DNA of 64,000 nt from Chrysomallon squamiferum (Eukaryota > Animalia > Mollusca): NCBI GenBank assembly GCA_012295275.1, contig CM022669.1, positions 10,726,001 through 10,790,000 on the forward strand. The letters run 5' to 3'. This document shows positions 55,737 through 64,000 of this stretch, piece by piece. Position numbers and translations under genes: made by a program. A model generated the notes under the pieces. The model made no database searches and was not told the origin of the DNA. It saw only the letters and a list, made by a program, of their open reading frames with translations. Position 1 is the stretch's first letter; each line of letters starts with the position of its first letter.

Positions 55737-58153
55737 GTACATATGAACTGTTAGGTGTCTGTTTCGGAAAATAATATTAATATCCATTATTTTAATTTTT
55801 TTCTTCTTCTTCCAGGGTTGGGGGCTGTACGCAGAGTACCTAGGGGAGGAAATGGGTGTGTACAAATACGATTATGAGATGTATGTAGTCCAGTTTAATG
55901 TTGTTTTTCACTTGTTATTCTAACAGGAATTTTAATTTTATTAAAACATTGTAATTTTAGTCTAATTCAAATATTATCCTAACTGTAAAATTAATCTTAT
56001 TCAAATATGATCCCAATTATAATATTATTATTTTTCAAATATTTTTCAAATTGCAGTGTAACTGAAATATTATCAAACTGTAATTTAATATTATTCAAAT
56101 ATTATCCTGATTGTAATTTTAATCTAATTCAAATATTATCCTAATTGTAATATTAATCTAATTGAAATATTATTCAAATGGTAATGTTATTTGTAATGTT
56201 AATCTAACTCAAATATTATCGTAATTGTATTGTTAATGTGAATCAAACATTATTCTAATTGTAATGTTAGAGTATTATTATCAAACAGTAATGTAAATCT
56301 TACTAAAATATTTTCCTAAGCGTAATCTTAATCTAACTCAAATATTATCCTAACTGTAAAATTAATCTATTTCATATATGATCCTAATTTTATTGTTAAT
56401 ACTTTTTAAGTGTTATCCTAATTGCGATGTAAATCTAACTGAAATTTTATCGTATCTGATATTTAATATGATTCAAATATTATCCTAGTTTTAATTTTAA
56501 TATTATATAAGTATTATCCTAAATGTAATTTAATCCAATTCAGATATTATCCAAGTTGTAATGTTAAATCATATAAAATTTTATCCTTATTGTAATGTTA
56601 GTCTAACTGAAATATTATTCAAAGTGTAATGTTATTTGTAATCTTAATCTAACTCAGATATGATCCTATTTGTTTTGTTTGTGTAATTCAAATAGACTCC
56701 TAATTCTAATGTTATTTGTTATTAACTAACTGTAATTTTAATATTACTCTAATAATATCCTAAATGTAAAGTTAATCCAATTCAAATATTATCCTAATAG
56801 TAATGTTAATATGATTCAAATGTTATCCTAAATGTAATATTAATATTTTTCAGATATTTTCCTTTTTGAAATTTAAATCTAATTCAAATATTATCCTAAC
56901 TATAATGTTAATCTTAAATGTAATGTTAATCTAATTATAATGTGTAATGTGTACCGTTCCAACTTGTGCTGTGTTGTTGTTGTTCTCAGGCAGTTTCCTT
57001 CTCATATTTTCATCATCATAAAAACACCACAGTTTTCAGATTTAATATCAGTTAATAATGTTTTAAAGCTAAGTGAATATTTCATGTAGAAATTAACATA
57101 TTGCTAAATTTCAGGATGGTCGTTACAAGATGGAAATATTTCGTGCTTGTCGGTTGGTTGTAGATACTGGAATCCACTATTCACGGTAAGAATAAATACT
57201 TTGATGACAAGGATACTGAAATAATATAAACAAAACATACTAGCATCATCATCATCATCGTCATCGTTATCTTCATTATCATTATCATCGTAATCATCGT
57301 CATTATTATTATTATTGTTATTATTATTATTATTATTACACAGCGAAATATACTGATTGTAGACTTAAAGTTCTGGTAGATTTATTAATTAATTTGTACA
57401 TATAGTCATTTCTGCCTGACACATGCTAGCTGATAAACCCTTTCCCATGAAATATTTCATTCCACCATTCACTAGTCTGTTTGTTCATTTATTTATTTAT
57501 TTATTTATTTATTTGAGTCAACAGTTCCTTTATTGCTACGCTGATGAATGTAGTATAAGATGAAGTTTCAAGTCATTAGGTCCTAATGATCGTTTGGAAA
57601 CATTAATTTAAAAAAAAAAAAAATTAGATTTCGTAAAATTCGTAAGAGAGTATATATTGAAAAAAGATAAAACAAGGTGCATACATGTATACATATATAC
57701 ATAAAAAGATAATTATTTAACTAAGAAAATGATATATATATATATATATATATATCCTGTTTTCTGCACGTATAAATACATATTCATGAGTTATTAGGTG
57801 AAATAACGTATAATATAATTAAGAGTATTGAACTTTTCTTGCAGCTGGAATCAATCACGGGCCGTTGACTATATGCTGAACTACACTTCTTTTTCACGAG
57901 ATTTTCTAACAGCACAAATCAACTATTACATTTCTACTCCAGGAGTGGCCTGCGCGTACAAGATTGGAGAAATCAAATTTAAGGAACTAAGAAAGAAAGC
58001 AGAGCAAGCAATGGGTTTGTTTGTTTGTTTGTTGTTGTTATTTCTGTTGTCTTAGATTATATTTTATTTGTCTGTTTAATATGCTTTCATTTTGTACTGT
58101 TGTTCCTGTTGTCGTTTCATTGTTTTTGGTATTATTATCATTATCATTATTAC

Positions 58154-58203
<50 letters not shown>

Positions 58204-58445
58204 GCTTTTGATGTAGTGTAACATGATTTTTTGTTCAAGTTTTAAATCATATAGTGTATCTGGTAGACAACTGGATAGACAGCTGTAAGACCAACTAAAG
58301 AAAGACTTAAAACAAATAACAGAAAATTAAATAAAATTAAAAACACACCGAATTCAGAGTGCTGTTTTATTGTAATTCTTCGTGAATAAAACTTTGAAAT
58401 GAACATTGAATGTGCTGATGAGTTTAATTTCAATGCAATTATATT
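55737..58445 (+). pseudogene. Inverted partial DUF885 copy D (exons 14, 15, 16, end of exon 17 and 3' UTR)
   Basis: Exon 14-like 55816-55880. Exon 15-like 57115-57185 is 71 nt instead of 72 (1-nt deletion, frameshift). Exon 16-like 57845-58014. Exon 17 tail 58261-58298 (WIDSCKTN*) has no acceptor. Exons 1-13 are absent. Confidence 0.9.
55935..56940. repeat. Degenerate ~29-bp AT-rich minisatellite (AATCTAATTCAAATATTATCCTAATTGTAAT-like)
   Basis: About 1 kb of diverged units. The homologous intron 14 of A, B and C holds only about 150-250 bp of the same motif. Confidence 0.85.
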
Positions 58446-59020
58446 TGTGTTTTTCTCATATATATATATATATATATATGCATCTATGTATGTATGCATG
58501 TATGTATGTATGTATGAACGTACGTCAATATATATCTGTCTATATCTTTGTCTATGTGTCTGTCTGTCCATCAATATAAAAGAATTTAGCATAACTATTA
58601 TATTTATTATGTAAAGGTACTTAGCGGTATGTTTTAGACAGGTTAAAATAATTATCTTTCTTAATCTCCCTATTCTTGATTTTCTCAGCTGAATAATCAT
58701 TTGTCCTGTGCCAGTGCGTTCTTTAACTATGTGCATTGTCTAGTCATAAATATACAAAACAGAGAATTTTCATACCTAAATATATACATGTATACACACA
58801 GATTCATACATATATAAAAATCATACAACCTACCTATTTCCATAACCAGCTATTACATACATACATAAATACATACATACATATACATACATACATACAT
58901 ATATAATCCATACATACATACATACATATATACATATATACTTACATACATACATGCTTACATACATACATGCATAAATGAATATATATATATATATATA
59001 TAGTTGGTATTGCTGTTCGT

Positions 59021-59210
59021 GTTGATGGCCGAACGGTAACGTCGTCCGCCTACGTTCGAGTCTCGTCAGCGGCATCTGACGGGGTTGTGAGGTCGTGATT
59101 GGACTTTGTCCTCCTGCGCCAGTGCGTTCCCGAATATTGTCTAAGTGCAGAGTGTATTCAGACGTACCTACTAACAGAGAATATTCAAAATCCTAAACTA
59201 CATACATACA
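59021..59210 (+). mobile_element. tRNA-derived SINE (head plus body)
   Basis: A box TGGCCGAACGG, B box GTTCGAGTC, body shared with 37685-37790, ending in a (TACA)-type simple repeat. Confidence 0.7.
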
Positions 59211-59282
59211 TATATAAATGCATACAATCTACCTACCTACCTATGAAGTTATTATTCCTGTCGCCACACATTTTGACCTACA

Positions 59283-59470
59283 TGGCCGTATATTGGAGGA
59301 TCATTTTGACATAATCCCAATAGAACAAACGCGCATTCTCGAGTCCAAAACTGAACCTGACCTTTCCAGACTTGGATGAGAAGCGTTTTGGATTCGCACG
59401 TTACAAACCCCAAAACCATCTGGAATAAATGCTGAATCGGGCAAATGTAAAGAAAGAGATCAAATAATTT
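59283..59470 (+). mobile_element. Penelope-like GIY-YIG C-terminal fragment
   Basis: Highly similar to 53532-53695 (TTGGAGGATCATTTTGACATAATCCCAATAGAACAAACGC ... TTTTGGATTCGCAC..TTACAAACCCCAAAACCAT). Confidence 0.8.
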
Positions 59471-60325
59471 TAAAATCGAAACTCAAAGTTATTTATTGTC
59501 ACAGAATACTATTAAAGGACAATATATGTATGTGTGTGTGTGTTCCTAAGGCCATTGGAAAGGTTTGGCATCGATTTGTTTTCAAGTGATGAACGTCACA
59601 GTTGAACTCATCCTGAAATAGGTCTGGCTGTTGAAGGTCTTCACACACGTAAGAAGGATGGCTGCAAATTGTACTCAAACAAAACACTCACCCATGGACA
59701 TCACAATTAGGTCTCCATTTCACAAACCTAAGGCTTTGGCACGATTAGGCACGAAAATTAGTTTGATATGCACTTTCCAGTTTTTCACGATTCTATGACT
59801 CTTCTAACTTGTTCACAGTCAAAAGGCTTTTTACAAGATTAGACATCTTGTTGGGTTTTACATGCTCTACTCACAATTTCTCTATTAATTAGAAGATAAA
59901 CATCTTCTCCGTTTTATACTGCTTAAACCATTTAAGCGTGTATAACAGTTTTCAGATTTTCTGATATTTTTCAGTTGTTATCTACAGAAAATTCTTTGTG
60001 ATGGCAAATCAGTAACATTTAAGATATCCAGATTAACTGATAATCAAGGAAAAAGAAAAAAGAAAAAGAAAGAAAAAATCAACAATAAACAATTAATGCG
60101 TACAAGTGGTGATATGAAGAAATAGTCTAAATATATATTCTGCGTCCTTCCAAGTTATATTTTATTTATTTATTTAATCTTAATTAATAAATGAGTATAA
60201 CAGCAAAAGAGTACACGCCGCCATTTTTGTATTATTCTGACGTCATAGCGTGCAGGGCAGGACAATTTGCTCTACAATTTCTACTAATCGTAACCAAAAA
60301 AAAAAAAATAAAAAAATAATAATAA

Positions 60326-60356
<31 letters not shown>

Positions 60357-60607
60357 AATAAAATAATAATAAAAACATGTAAAAAATAAATTGCAATCAA
60401 TCCGACACGTACGTGATAACATTACGACTTCAGTTCCGAAAAGATACAATGGCGGAATTCAAATCTTTTGTAACGGTATTTTATTTTATTTGTTATTCTT
60501 TGTTAGGAGAAATCTAAATATTGTCTCCTTAAGCAACAGAAGAATAACTCTGACGTATAAAGAATTTTTATATTAGACTATTTACTCATACCGCCACATA
60601 CATTTTT

Positions 60608-64000
<3,393 letters not shown>

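Overview
AT-rich, microsatellite-dense animal genomic DNA with spliceosomal introns; a mollusc/lophotrochozoan source is my inference from the gene families and repeat landscape. In order: two divergently oriented GPCR genes with intronless coding regions (1783-2970 minus, 7957-8958 plus); three complete tandem minus-strand paralogs of a secreted DUF885-family (bacterial-type Zn-metallopeptidase-like) gene, each with 17 coding exons that I spliced by hand into open frames (A 9608-25468, 587 aa; B 28959-40604, 592 aa; C 44288-54675, 596 aa); an inverted, mosaic, frameshifted partial fourth copy (55737-58445); and the 3' part of an intron-containing beta-lactamase/PBP-fold serine hydrolase gene (60608 to beyond 64000, minus) with SxxK, YxN and HTG motifs intact. 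Only paralog B keeps all DUF885 motifs. A has lost the HE..PGHH metal/catalytic motif, and C has changed two other conserved motifs. Several exons are far more diverged between paralogs than the introns next to them. Also present: a ~4.9 kb 98-bp satellite that arose inside one intron, a 60-bp tandem duplication that multiplies an in-frame splice acceptor, FLYWCH-bearing Mutator-like elements, Penelope-like (RT + GIY-YIG) fragments, tRNA-derived SINEs and a mariner-type MITE. Most ORFs in the supplied track are microsatellite artefacts. All gene models and identity counts were made by eye, without database or expression support.
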